A stretch of 50,029 nucleotides of DNA from the IMG/VR virus record IMGVR_UViG_3300037424_001012, positions 1 to 50,029 of that record; one strand, 5' to 3'. Under the pieces are notes generated by a model. That model was not told the origin of the DNA. It searched no databases and worked only from the letters and a program-made list of their open reading frames with translations. Every line of letters begins with the position of its first letter. Positions within the stretch are counted from its first letter, which is position 1. Shown here one piece after another: positions 9,835 through 18,182 of the stretch. A program made the position numbers and the translations under genes. Source of the stretch: a virus. Lineage: Duplodnaviria; Caudoviricetes.

Positions 9835-10029
9835 CTAATCCTCCTGTTGTTTTTGTCTATACTCCTTCACACCGGGGAAGTCATCCTTCATCTCTTTCTT
9901 CTCCCAAAGTCTATACACACCTACACATTTCCTACCAGGGAAGAATCCAGTGTAATCCTTCTCTCTTTCGTAGACAATGTAGACTGCATTTCCCACATGA
10001 GACTTTTCTTTCCTGTAAAAGTACTGCAT
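9835..10029 (-). CDS. small hypothetical protein
   Basis: 64-aa ORF with AGGAGG RBS. Confidence 0.6.
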   Translation of the reverse strand: MQYFYRKEKSHVGNAVYIVYEREKDYTGFFPGRKCVGVYRLWEKKEMKDDFPGVKEYRQKQQED

Positions 10030-10139
10030 TAGCTCCTCCTATGTTTCACTTCTGAGAAGCGATCTTATTTATTTAAAGTACCCTGATTCCTCAAGACTTT
10101 TGCAAGGAGAGCAAATACTTTTATTGAGGGTGACTCATC

Positions 10140-10373
10140 CTATCTCAGGAAGTAGTCACCCTCTTCGATGAGAGTCTGAGTAGACCCATCATTACATACA
10201 GCTTCCTCTTCAATCTTCAGCCACTCCTTCAGACCCCCATGCTTAAAGCACTTGGATCTTGCCTTCCGATCATCGACATAACTGCTCAAGCCAACAACCA
10301 GCATAAGCCATACCAGGCACCACACAATGAGGCCGGTCAGGTACGGTGATAAAAATAGAATAGTGTTTCTCAT
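10140..10373 (-). CDS. small membrane protein
   Basis: N-terminal hydrophobic helix; GGAGG RBS before the ATG at 10373. Confidence 0.6.
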   Translation of the reverse strand: MRNTILFLSPYLTGLIVWCLVWLMLVVGLSSYVDDRKARSKCFKHGGLKEWLKIEEEAVCNDGSTQTLIEEGDYFLR

Positions 10374-10375
10374 AG

Positions 10376-10684
10376 CTAATCCTCCCATATGAAATATGCG
10401 TAAACAGATTCAGAATCTTCGTCTTCGTCTTCATCCCTTGGTTCCAGACCCTTGAAAGGTTGATCTACCAAGATAAGCTCGTCACATGATTTCTCAAGCT
10501 CTTCATCCTCTAGCTCAGGCCAATCACCATACTCAACGTAGTGATCGTAACAGAGGTTGTACTCATTTATAATTGCCTCCGTTAACTCCTTCTTTGTCAT
10601 CTCACGATGGACAGGTACTTGAAGAGTTGTTTTGTTGTGTTTTGGGAAGTAGTCCGGAAAGCAAGTGTCAATATGATTTATCAT
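10376..10684 (-). CDS. acidic hypothetical protein
   Basis: 102-aa ORF, D/E-rich; GAGGGAG RBS. Confidence 0.7.
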   Translation of the reverse strand: MINHIDTCFPDYFPKHNKTTLQVPVHREMTKKELTEAIINEYNLCYDHYVEYGDWPELEDEELEKSCDELILVDQPFKGLEPRDEDEDEDSESVYAYFIWED

Positions 10685-10712
10685 AGCTCCCTCTTATCGG
10701 TTTAGGTTGTAT

Positions 10713-11060
10713 TCAGAATGGGCACCCAGGAAATCCAAACAGACTGGGCATATCTCCATAGGACCCATTCTCTTTAATACTCTTGAGGACAGAGGATATA
10801 ATCTTCAACCTAACCTCTGTTCTCCGTATCCCTCCCATTACCGCTATGAGGCAGCAAGCTCCTTCTTTCTCCTCATTTTCGTCCATTGTTTCTAAAGTAC
10901 GCCCCTTATCCGTGGTAAGGCTTAAGCTCCAGCAAGAAAGCATTGCCTTCTCTATGTCAACCTTCTTGACATAGGCTTTCATAGTATCTTCACTACTGAA
11001 TTTAAAGAGGAACTCGGTTCCTTCCATAGCCTTCATTTCTTTCTTCGTCATTCTATCCAT
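10713..11060 (-). CDS. hypothetical protein, paralog of 9492..9830
   Basis: Shared motifs with 9492..9830; GGAGG RBS. Confidence 0.75.
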   Translation of the reverse strand: MDRMTKKEMKAMEGTEFLFKFSSEDTMKAYVKKVDIEKAMLSCWSLSLTTDKGRTLETMDENEEKEGACCLIAVMGGIRRTEVRLKIISSVLKSIKENGSYGDMPSLFGFPGCPF

Positions 11061-11072
11061 TTTAATATCCTC

Positions 11073-11489
11073 CTATTTTCTTCTACCAAATAATCTTGCT
11101 TTCCTCACCTCGTCATCCTCCAACCTTCTTTCGAGGTCAGCGAATGCTTTATCGAGCTTCCTATTCATGGACCCCTTAAGATATTCTGTGTGTTCAGGGG
11201 TCCACTTGTACCTTTTACTTCTCAGCAAGGCTCTAAGATCCATAGATTCCGTATAAAGATCTTTCTCGATAAGACCCTTGGCAAAAGTATCTATAATTAT
11301 GAACTCGAAGTCAGAGAGATTGGGGTAACTCTGAGTTACACCTGCATTGGCCCTATCTAAAGCTGATGCAGTTAACCCCATTGCTCTTACACCTGAATGC
11401 TGTCTGCTCATAAGAAGAACGTCGTGGCAAGCCTCCAGGGCTTTTATCAATGCATTCATTATCTCTTCCACTGCGATATCATCCTTCAT
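11073..11489 (-). CDS. hypothetical protein
   Basis: 138-aa ORF with AGGAGG RBS. Confidence 0.7.
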   Translation of the reverse strand: MKDDIAVEEIMNALIKALEACHDVLLMSRQHSGVRAMGLTASALDRANAGVTQSYPNLSDFEFIIIDTFAKGLIEKDLYTESMDLRALLRSKRYKWTPEHTEYLKGSMNRKLDKAFADLERRLEDDEVRKARLFGRRK

Positions 11490-11516
11490 AATGTCCTCCT
11501 GTTTCTAAACTAAATT

Positions 11517-11791
11517 TCACTTCTCAGAAGCGATATCCTCTTCCCGAAGTCCTGCGTCCGGGGGGATAAGCTCCTCGTAGGGATTGCCCTCGAACATCTT
11601 GGCAAGAGGGGTGAAGTGATACATCTTCTCCTTGATATCTTCATCTATCCACACTGCACAGATCACAACCACAGGCTTCCCGGTAGCCTTGTCCTTGCAC
11701 TCCATCAGTGCTGCATCAGTGCTGCATCGCCGTTGGCAACGGCTTTGCAGAGAGTCATGAAGTTCTCTTCGTGGTATTTATTAATTGCCAT
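11517..11791 (-). pseudogene. DUF6117-like gene frameshifted by an 11-bp duplication
   Basis: ATG at 11791 with AGGAGG RBS; removing one CATCAGTGCTG unit (11703-11728) joins NFMTLCKAVANGDAAL to MECKDKATGKPVVVICAV...GNPYEELIPP. Family assignment is from memory. Confidence 0.7.
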
Positions 11792-11930
11792 GATTATTCC
11801 TCCTGTTGTTTTTAGCTCCTCCTCTATTTCACTTCTGAGAAGCGATATCCTACCTAATCTACCTAATCTACCTGTCCTCCTCCTTGACTTTGATTTATCG
11901 GTTCAACTACTGACTTAGTTATTAGCTCAA

Positions 11931-12434
11931 CTATTGATCGAGATCACAGTCTATGTTTGTACAGACTGTTATGTTTCCTATAATCAGATCTGCTCCGCAC
12001 TTGCACTTAGGTCCTTGAGTTGGAATTTCCGATACCCTAGTTGGGTCAGCGGGTTTCTTATCTAAGGGTACAAGCAAAATCTTCCTGGATTCTTCAATTA
12101 TTCTTCTCATTATATCTTGCATCATATACCCAGGGTCCTGGTATCTGCTATTCTGGAATAGACCTAATTTAAAAGCTAATGAACGACCCTTACTTCCGTG
12201 CGTATCCATGCAGAACTCAGAACTAAATAGATATGTACACTTAAAGCACTGTATACATGAAGTACAGTGTTTCAGGTACGCACTATTGTAGCAGTAAGCG
12301 CAATCCACTAGGGTATCGGATAGCGCTTGCGCCATTTCCCTCGTAAAGATAGAAGCTGCCCAGGAATTCCCGTGAGGATCTTCCCAATCACCCCTGACTG
12401 CATCATATACTACAGTTATATTCAATTTCTCCAT
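11931..12434 (-). CDS. Cys-rich hypothetical protein
   Basis: Repeated CxxC motifs; GGAGG RBS. Confidence 0.7.
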   Translation of the reverse strand: MEKLNITVVYDAVRGDWEDPHGNSWAASIFTREMAQALSDTLVDCAYCYNSAYLKHCTSCIQCFKCTYLFSSEFCMDTHGSKGRSLAFKLGLFQNSRYQDPGYMMQDIMRRIIEESRKILLVPLDKKPADPTRVSEIPTQGPKCKCGADLIIGNITVCTNIDCDLDQ

Positions 12435-12459
12435 GATTCAATCCTCCTAGAAAATGGTT

Positions 12460-12670
12460 TCACGGTTTTAACCCTTTCGGGTATCTTTGCGACATCTTCG
12501 GCCACCAATACGGTTTACCGACAATGCGCATCCATGCACTATCTTGGGTGATGCTTGGGTGATGCTTGGGTGATGGTTTGCTCTGCTCCGCATTTTTTAC
12601 AGCGCCTCTTGGCATCCTCGATATAACCTACTTTGATATCTTCCCATTCGTGCCGCCACCCTTCATTCAT
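12460..12670 (-). pseudogene. small Zn-ribbon-like gene frameshifted by an 11-bp triplication
   Basis: ATG at 12670 with GAGG RBS; with one CTTGGGTGATG unit instead of three (12543-12575) it reads as a 62-aa ORF; as sequenced it stops at 12539. Confidence 0.55.
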
Positions 12671-12740
12671 AGATTACCTCATGCTTTTATATGCTTTGCA
12701 ATATCGCTTCTCAGAAGGGATATTGCTTATCTGATTTGTT

Positions 12741-12770
12741 AGTTTGTGCCTGACATTAAAAACTTGTCAA
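12741..12770 (-). promoter_or_regulatory. putative sigma70 early promoter
   Basis: TTGACA (12770-12765), 18 nt, CAAACT; palindrome copy 12703-12721 lies just downstream. Confidence 0.4.
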
Positions 12771-13272
12771 GTAAAAAGTTACTACTCAAAGTTACCAATA
12801 TCACAGGGAATAAAAAAGCTTGCAATTACTCCTGGATTTGTTAGAATTGGTAAAGAAGATAAAGCTTACGCTAAGGCTTATCTAAATCCCTCCTCAATCA
12901 CCTGCAATAAGAGTTCTGATTACTAGCTTGATCTCTACTTAAGAACCTCCCTACTAAGATTAATCTTTAAGTAAATACCTTATATATTCCCTAGAATTAT
13001 CTAAGCTATAGCTAAGCTATAGCGCAATTTTTTCCCTCTCTTTTTCGCTCCTATCCTGACACATCCTGACATAACCTCGAATACAATCCGAACCGAAGCA
13101 TAGGCTTGATGTAATCTAATAGGATCTAAGGTAATACAAGGTAAAGCAAGATAAACTTACCCAGTATAACACAATTGAACGGAAATGTAAAGAAGGTAAA
13201 ACCTATGGATGCTATAGGGTTACTCTATACTAGAGTTGGCTTAAGCTATGCCATATCCTGAGATTTACCGGC

Positions 13273-13309
13273 AAAAGAGCAAAAGAAAAGGGCTTGACGA
13301 AAGCCCTTT
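13273..13309 (-). terminator. rho-independent terminator
   Basis: AAAGGGCTT-N5-AAGCCCTTT hairpin followed by TCTTTTGCTCTTTT on the minus strand. Confidence 0.65.
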
Positions 13310-13358
13310 GGAGAAAATCCCTTCTCAGAAGCGATTTGTATCAATATCTGAAAGGAGA

Positions 13359-13598
13359 TTAATCTTCATTAGAGTCTGGCTGATTCTCAGATATTAACTT
13401 ACAAACTCTTGCACAAGATATCATCAAGGTTAGTTCAAGCTGGCAAGATGCTTCTCGTACAGATTGGACCATTCTATTGATTGATTCAATCTTATCGAAT
13501 GCTTTACGAATGCTTGTTTCGTCAAGCTGAATACTTTCAATCACTCTCTTCTTTTGTTGCATAAGAAGAGTAATGTAATAGCTCTTCATGTTATGCAT
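13359..13598 (-). CDS. small hypothetical protein
   Basis: 79-aa ORF with AGGTGAG RBS, followed by a terminator. Confidence 0.55.
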   Translation of the reverse strand: MHNMKSYYITLLMQQKKRVIESIQLDETSIRKAFDKIESINRMVQSVREASCQLELTLMISCARVCKLISENQPDSNED

Positions 13599-13624
13599 AA
13601 TCTCACCTTTTTAGTAGAAGGCTA

Positions 13625-13692
13625 AAAGCCTGATTTAAAGCCTGATTTAAAGCCTGATTTAAAGCCTGATTTAAAGCCTGATTTAAAGCCTG
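13625..13692. repeat. tandem repeat AAAGCCTGATTT x5 plus partial unit
   Basis: Read directly; merges into a 12-bp-arm inverted repeat at 13686-13721. Confidence 0.95.
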
Positions 13693-13765
13693 GCTTGCAA
13701 GATAGTCTACAAGCCAGGCTTAATCATCTTATCAGTGGCCAGTGATAAGCTGAGATTGAACCGGC

Positions 13766-14566
13766 TTACTTACTGCCGTTTTTCTTCTCGGCTTTTTCCA
13801 GCAATTGCCTGCCAGTTTCTTGAGTAAGGCTAAGTTGAAGATACTCAACAAGCTCTTTTCCCTCACCTTCGGTAATGGGGATCTTCTTAACCAAACCAAT
13901 AACCCGATTGACCGCAGCCTTAAGCTTTTCTGCATTGGTCATAGGGACATTGTCCGGTGATTCGGGAGTTTTTATTACCTCGTCGTCTTCACCTAATGTC
14001 CATTTCTGTGTTTCGGTATAAGGCACAACCTTGCCGTTGACCACAACATTGTTCCAGCCGAATTTATCGACATCGTAAGTGAATTGGGCAATAACATTCC
14101 AACCCCGCTTGGTTAATGGCCATGTGCCAAATTTGATCGAACCATCTTTCATGGTCAAAGGCTGGACTTTGCCGTCACGATTGACGAAGGTTTTTTCCGC
14201 CTTTGCCCGCTCTTCGTACCGAGCAAGAAAGATACCAGACTGGATCTTTTTGATCTCCGACTTAAGGGTGGCTTTACCTTCGTTACTGCGGTCAGTAAGC
14301 TTGACTTTGTCAATGTTACTGGCAAGAACCGCAATTGCTTGCCGAATGTTCTCTTGTACTTCCCGGCTGGATTGAGTGAGCTTGTACTCACTCTTTTCCC
14401 TCATATCAGCCAGATCATTCAACAACTCTGAATCCCGGAAGAGTTGTTCGGTAATGCCGGGGACGTCCTCCTTTTTCCCTTTCTTGAATTGCGGAGCATG
14501 GATGTCATCCAGGCTCTTGTTAAAACTTTCAATCAAGCTTGCGAAGTCATTAATTTTAGTTGCCAT
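13766..14566 (-). CDS. hypothetical protein, first gene of the early arm
   Basis: 266-aa ORF with AGGAG RBS, next to the divergent intergenic region. Confidence 0.8.
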   Translation of the reverse strand: MATKINDFASLIESFNKSLDDIHAPQFKKGKKEDVPGITEQLFRDSELLNDLADMREKSEYKLTQSSREVQENIRQAIAVLASNIDKVKLTDRSNEGKATLKSEIKKIQSGIFLARYEERAKAEKTFVNRDGKVQPLTMKDGSIKFGTWPLTKRGWNVIAQFTYDVDKFGWNNVVVNGKVVPYTETQKWTLGEDDEVIKTPESPDNVPMTNAEKLKAAVNRVIGLVKKIPITEGEGKELVEYLQLSLTQETGRQLLEKAEKKNGSK

Positions 14567-15082
14567 GGTAGTATCTCCTATGGTGGTTGTTACCGGATTA
14601 TCCGGCTGTTCTGTTTGCCCTTTCTGAATCGCTTCTCAGAAGTAAAATAGAAAGGGATTTGTTGTCAGCTAAGCTAAAGCAAGCTAGGCTGAGCAAATAT
14701 CTTACCTATGGTGCAGGCATATAGCAAAGGTTTTTGAAAATGCAGGGAATATTCATAAGGGTAGGGCATTGCTTTGACGAGGGCCGGGGGGGGCATCGGC
14801 CTGAAAGCCTTGCTGGCCGTGGCTTTGCGGGGGCTGGCCCCTCACGCCGTGGCTCTATAAAAAATTAGGCCGCAGAAAACCTTTGTTATATTTTTCATTC
14901 GCATGGCTAGAGGAAGCTTAGCCAAGGTTTTTAATGAAGAAAGCATAAATAACGCTTACTCTTAATATGTGGCATAGAATTTTCCTAGATTTTGCTTCTC
15001 AGAAGCATTATCCTTGTAGCAGTGCAGAAGTTTATACACATATTTACTTTTAAAAGAGATTACTTAATTACGGTGCTATGTT

Positions 15083-16147
15083 ATGGCTTATGTTAAGAGG
15101 GGTGCCGGTAAGGGCATAAGAAAGAAGAAGTTCACGGACAAGCAGAAAGTCACCATACTCACTATGTACTCTGAAGGGTATGCCCTTAAGGAGATAGAGA
15201 AGGTGACCGGGATTCATTTTGTAACTGTATCCCAGTTCGTGTCTGCTACTCTCAAGGGCCTTCTTAACTCAAGACAGACCAGGACCGCTTCCCAGAAGAT
15301 TACCAAGGATGGGTTACCTTCAAACCTTACTGCTGAGCAGTTAGCGGAGATTACCAAGCAAGAGAATCCCGAGATGATTAATAAGGCGTTCTATGAGCAG
15401 TTGAGCGCAAGGGACGATACTCAGCTCAGTGACGCAGAAGTTGCCTTTTGCTGGCATGTGGTAGCATCTCAGGATTGGCAGGAAGCTATGGTGGTATCTG
15501 GTTTGGATGCTGGCTTGTACGACGACGACCAGACCAAAGGGGGTTTGAACGCCAAACCCAAGAAAAGTTACAACCAGTTGCTCAAGACCAGAATGGCTTA
15601 CCTGAAGAGCAAGCCCAACCTTGTTAAGTTCATGCAGGATATCCAAAGAGAAGTCATCGGTAACATCAAGATCGATAAGAGTTTTCTCCATAATGAGATC
15701 ATGTATCAAATAGATGGGCTTAAGAACAGCAATTCCCTTGAGGCCAAGAAGCTTCTTTACCAGTACATTAAGCTGATCGGCAGCACAATCGGGGCCTTCG
15801 CCGATAAACCTATTGACCCTAATGATGTTGATCATGCTGAAACCATTAAGAAACTCAGGGATTCAGCCGCGAAAAGGCAGACGATACAGGATGCTCTTTC
15901 CCAGAAGAGAGCTGAGATGCTGCTCGAAGAGGCAAATAAAGCAGAATTAAACGATGAATTAAACGATGAATTAAACGATGAATTAAACGATGAATTAAAC
16001 GATGAATTAAACGATGAATTAAACGATGATTCAGATAACGAATTTGATGACTCTGATGTTGATACTGATGTTGATACTGATGTTGATACTGAAGTAATGA
16101 AAGGAGAAGCAGGTTATGTCGATCCCGGTTCAAATAAAATTCAGTAG
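15083..16147 (+). CDS. putative terminase small subunit (N-terminal HTH, acidic repeat tail)
   Basis: HTH pattern YALKEIEKVTGIHFVTVSQF; first gene of the late arm upstream of terL; ELND x7 and DVDT x3 repeats. Confidence 0.55.
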   Translation: MAYVKRGAGKGIRKKKFTDKQKVTILTMYSEGYALKEIEKVTGIHFVTVSQFVSATLKGLLNSRQTRTASQKITKDGLPSNLTAEQLAEITKQENPEMINKAFYEQLSARDDTQLSDAEVAFCWHVVASQDWQEAMVVSGLDAGLYDDDQTKGGLNAKPKKSYNQLLKTRMAYLKSKPNLVKFMQDIQREVIGNIKIDKSFLHNEIMYQIDGLKNSNSLEAKKLLYQYIKLIGSTIGAFADKPIDPNDVDHAETIKKLRDSAAKRQTIQDALSQKRAEMLLEEANKAELNDELNDELNDELNDELNDELNDELNDDSDNEFDDSDVDTDVDTDVDTEVMKGEAGYVDPGSNKIQ

Positions 16148-16397
16148 GGATACTCTCTTGAGTGGGTACAGCACTATCAGTGAGGTAGTGTTTTTAATAG
16201 CTCCGAACATTCATAGGAATATTTGCAATTGGATGGATGACTCTGATGATCCTTTTACTCTAATGCTTGTTATTAATCAGTTGCTTGAGGATTACGGGAT
16301 AGAATACTTCATTGCAATAGGGGATGATGTGTACACAAGTCTCCGTGAAGCCGAATCGCTTCTGAGAAGCAAAATAAGGGAAAGAGAGGAGCACTAA
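16116..16397 (+). CDS. hypothetical protein
   Basis: 93-aa ORF overlapping both neighbours. Confidence 0.6.
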   Translation: MSIPVQIKFSRDTLLSGYSTISEVVFLIAPNIHRNICNWMDDSDDPFTLMLVINQLLEDYGIEYFIAIGDDVYTSLREAESLLRSKIREREEH

Positions 16398-16687
16398 TGC
16401 TTAAGGCAAATAATAGGGTTATCTGGTATATCGATGTGCCGGATATGAAGGACTCAATCCCTATAAATCAGAAAGCTGCTGACATATGCAGGGCTTATGA
16501 AGAAGCCGAAGTGAAGCCCACGGTGTATGTCTGCATAGTAGGGATCGGTTGTGGCCTCTACTCCTACCTATGCAAGCGTATACCCTGCAATCCCTATATC
16601 AAGGGTACGAAGGTTGAGGTACCTGGGGTCAGTATCTCAAGCTACAATGTGCCTTCTGATTTTAAGTTTCCTACGAATAGGTACTGA
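16397..16687 (+). CDS. hypothetical protein
   Basis: 96-aa ORF with GAGGAG RBS. Confidence 0.6.
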   Translation: MLKANNRVIWYIDVPDMKDSIPINQKAADICRAYEEAEVKPTVYVCIVGIGCGLYSYLCKRIPCNPYIKGTKVEVPGVSISSYNVPSDFKFPTNRY

Positions 16688-16710
16688 TAGGTAACTGATA
16701 GGTAACTGAA

Positions 16711-18138
16711 ATGACAAAGACTTACAGGAAGGATACAATTCAGGCAGCTTTCGATGAGCTTATGATTGTATATAAATACAACATACTTGCTTTCATCCGA
16801 GAGATGTTTGAAGCTGAGCCTACCTTTCAGCAACTCCTATTCCTGGCTGATGCCGTGGCCGGTGAGTCCTCTAGGGTCGCTGTTAAGTCTTGTACTTCTT
16901 CTGGAAAGACAGCTTGCCTGGCCTGGCTTATTCTATGGGGATTGGCTGTAGAAGACGACATAAGAATTTTGGTAACTGCTCCCACATTCCCCCTACTCAA
17001 CCGAGTTCTCCGCACCGAGATAGATAAATGGCATCTGAAGATGCCGAAATTAGTACAAGATATGTACGATATGACCCAGAGTGTTATAACTCGGAAGGGT
17101 CAGAAGACACATAGGTGCGACTTTGCTACTGCTAGTTCGGACAATGAGCAAGCACTGGCTGGTGGACATTCAGGAAACTACTGGATTATAGCAGACGAGG
17201 GAGCTGCTATAGACGATTACGTATACGAAGTTCTGATGGGTACCTTGTCGTATGGTTCCTCTGGTAGGTTCCTTATTACATCCAACCCAACTAGATCTTT
17301 TGGGTTCTACTACGAGTTGTTCTCTACCAACAACAAGCACTGGAAACTCCATACCTTCGATGCATTTCATACGCCTCACGTCAGCAAGGAGTACATTGAG
17401 GAAGTTCGGGATACTTACGGCATCGACCATGACTTCTATAGAGTTCGTATTCTTGGTCAGTTCCCAAGGGCCTCAAGCACTCAGTTCTTTGAAGCTGAAG
17501 TCCTTGAGAGTGCTTTAAGTAACACCCTTGATCCCAGAAGTTACTACCCATTCGAGAAGATTGCTGGAGTTGACGTTGCTAGATTCGGTGATGATGCTAC
17601 CGTACTCACTACCAGGCAGGGACCGAAACTTGTTGACAGGACTTTATTTCGCGGCTTAAATACTATGGAAGTAGCTGGTCTGGTGTTTGATTACTGGAAG
17701 CAGCACAACCATAAAGCCGTAATGGTGGATGGAACTGGTTTAGGAGCTGGTGTTGTAGATAGAGCAAGAGAGCTTGGCGTGCCTGTAGTCGATGTCATAG
17801 TAGGCTCGACTTCGAGTAACCCCAAGAAATATATGAACGTGAAGACTCAGCTTATGGGGTCCATGAAAGATTGGATTGCTAATGGTGCTGACTTATCCGC
17901 ACTCTTCGGTGACAAGTTTATCCGCAGAGAGTTCCTGGCCATTGAGTATGGGTATAACAAGAAAATGCAAATGTGCGTGGCTACAAAGAAAGATACAAAA
18001 TCTAAGAATAAGGGTTATTCCCCGGATACCGTTGATTCTATTGGTTTAACTTTCGCCGATGATGTTTATCTTACTACTCGAACCAGACAATCAAGCTGCA
18101 ATGCAAGATCAATCAAAGTAGCTAATTATGCCTGGTGA
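16711..18138 (+). CDS. terL: terminase large subunit
   Basis: Walker A-like KSCTSSGKT, Walker B IIADEG, coupling motif TSNP, RNase H-like GVDVARFGDD and SPDTVDS. Confidence 0.93.
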   Translation: MTKTYRKDTIQAAFDELMIVYKYNILAFIREMFEAEPTFQQLLFLADAVAGESSRVAVKSCTSSGKTACLAWLILWGLAVEDDIRILVTAPTFPLLNRVLRTEIDKWHLKMPKLVQDMYDMTQSVITRKGQKTHRCDFATASSDNEQALAGGHSGNYWIIADEGAAIDDYVYEVLMGTLSYGSSGRFLITSNPTRSFGFYYELFSTNNKHWKLHTFDAFHTPHVSKEYIEEVRDTYGIDHDFYRVRILGQFPRASSTQFFEAEVLESALSNTLDPRSYYPFEKIAGVDVARFGDDATVLTTRQGPKLVDRTLFRGLNTMEVAGLVFDYWKQHNHKAVMVDGTGLGAGVVDRARELGVPVVDVIVGSTSSNPKKYMNVKTQLMGSMKDWIANGADLSALFGDKFIRREFLAIEYGYNKKMQMCVATKKDTKSKNKGYSPDTVDSIGLTFADDVYLTTRTRQSSCNARSIKVANYAW

Positions 18139-18182
18139 TAAAAAGTTTATTAAACAAGGCATATAATAAGGAAGGTTTCCAA

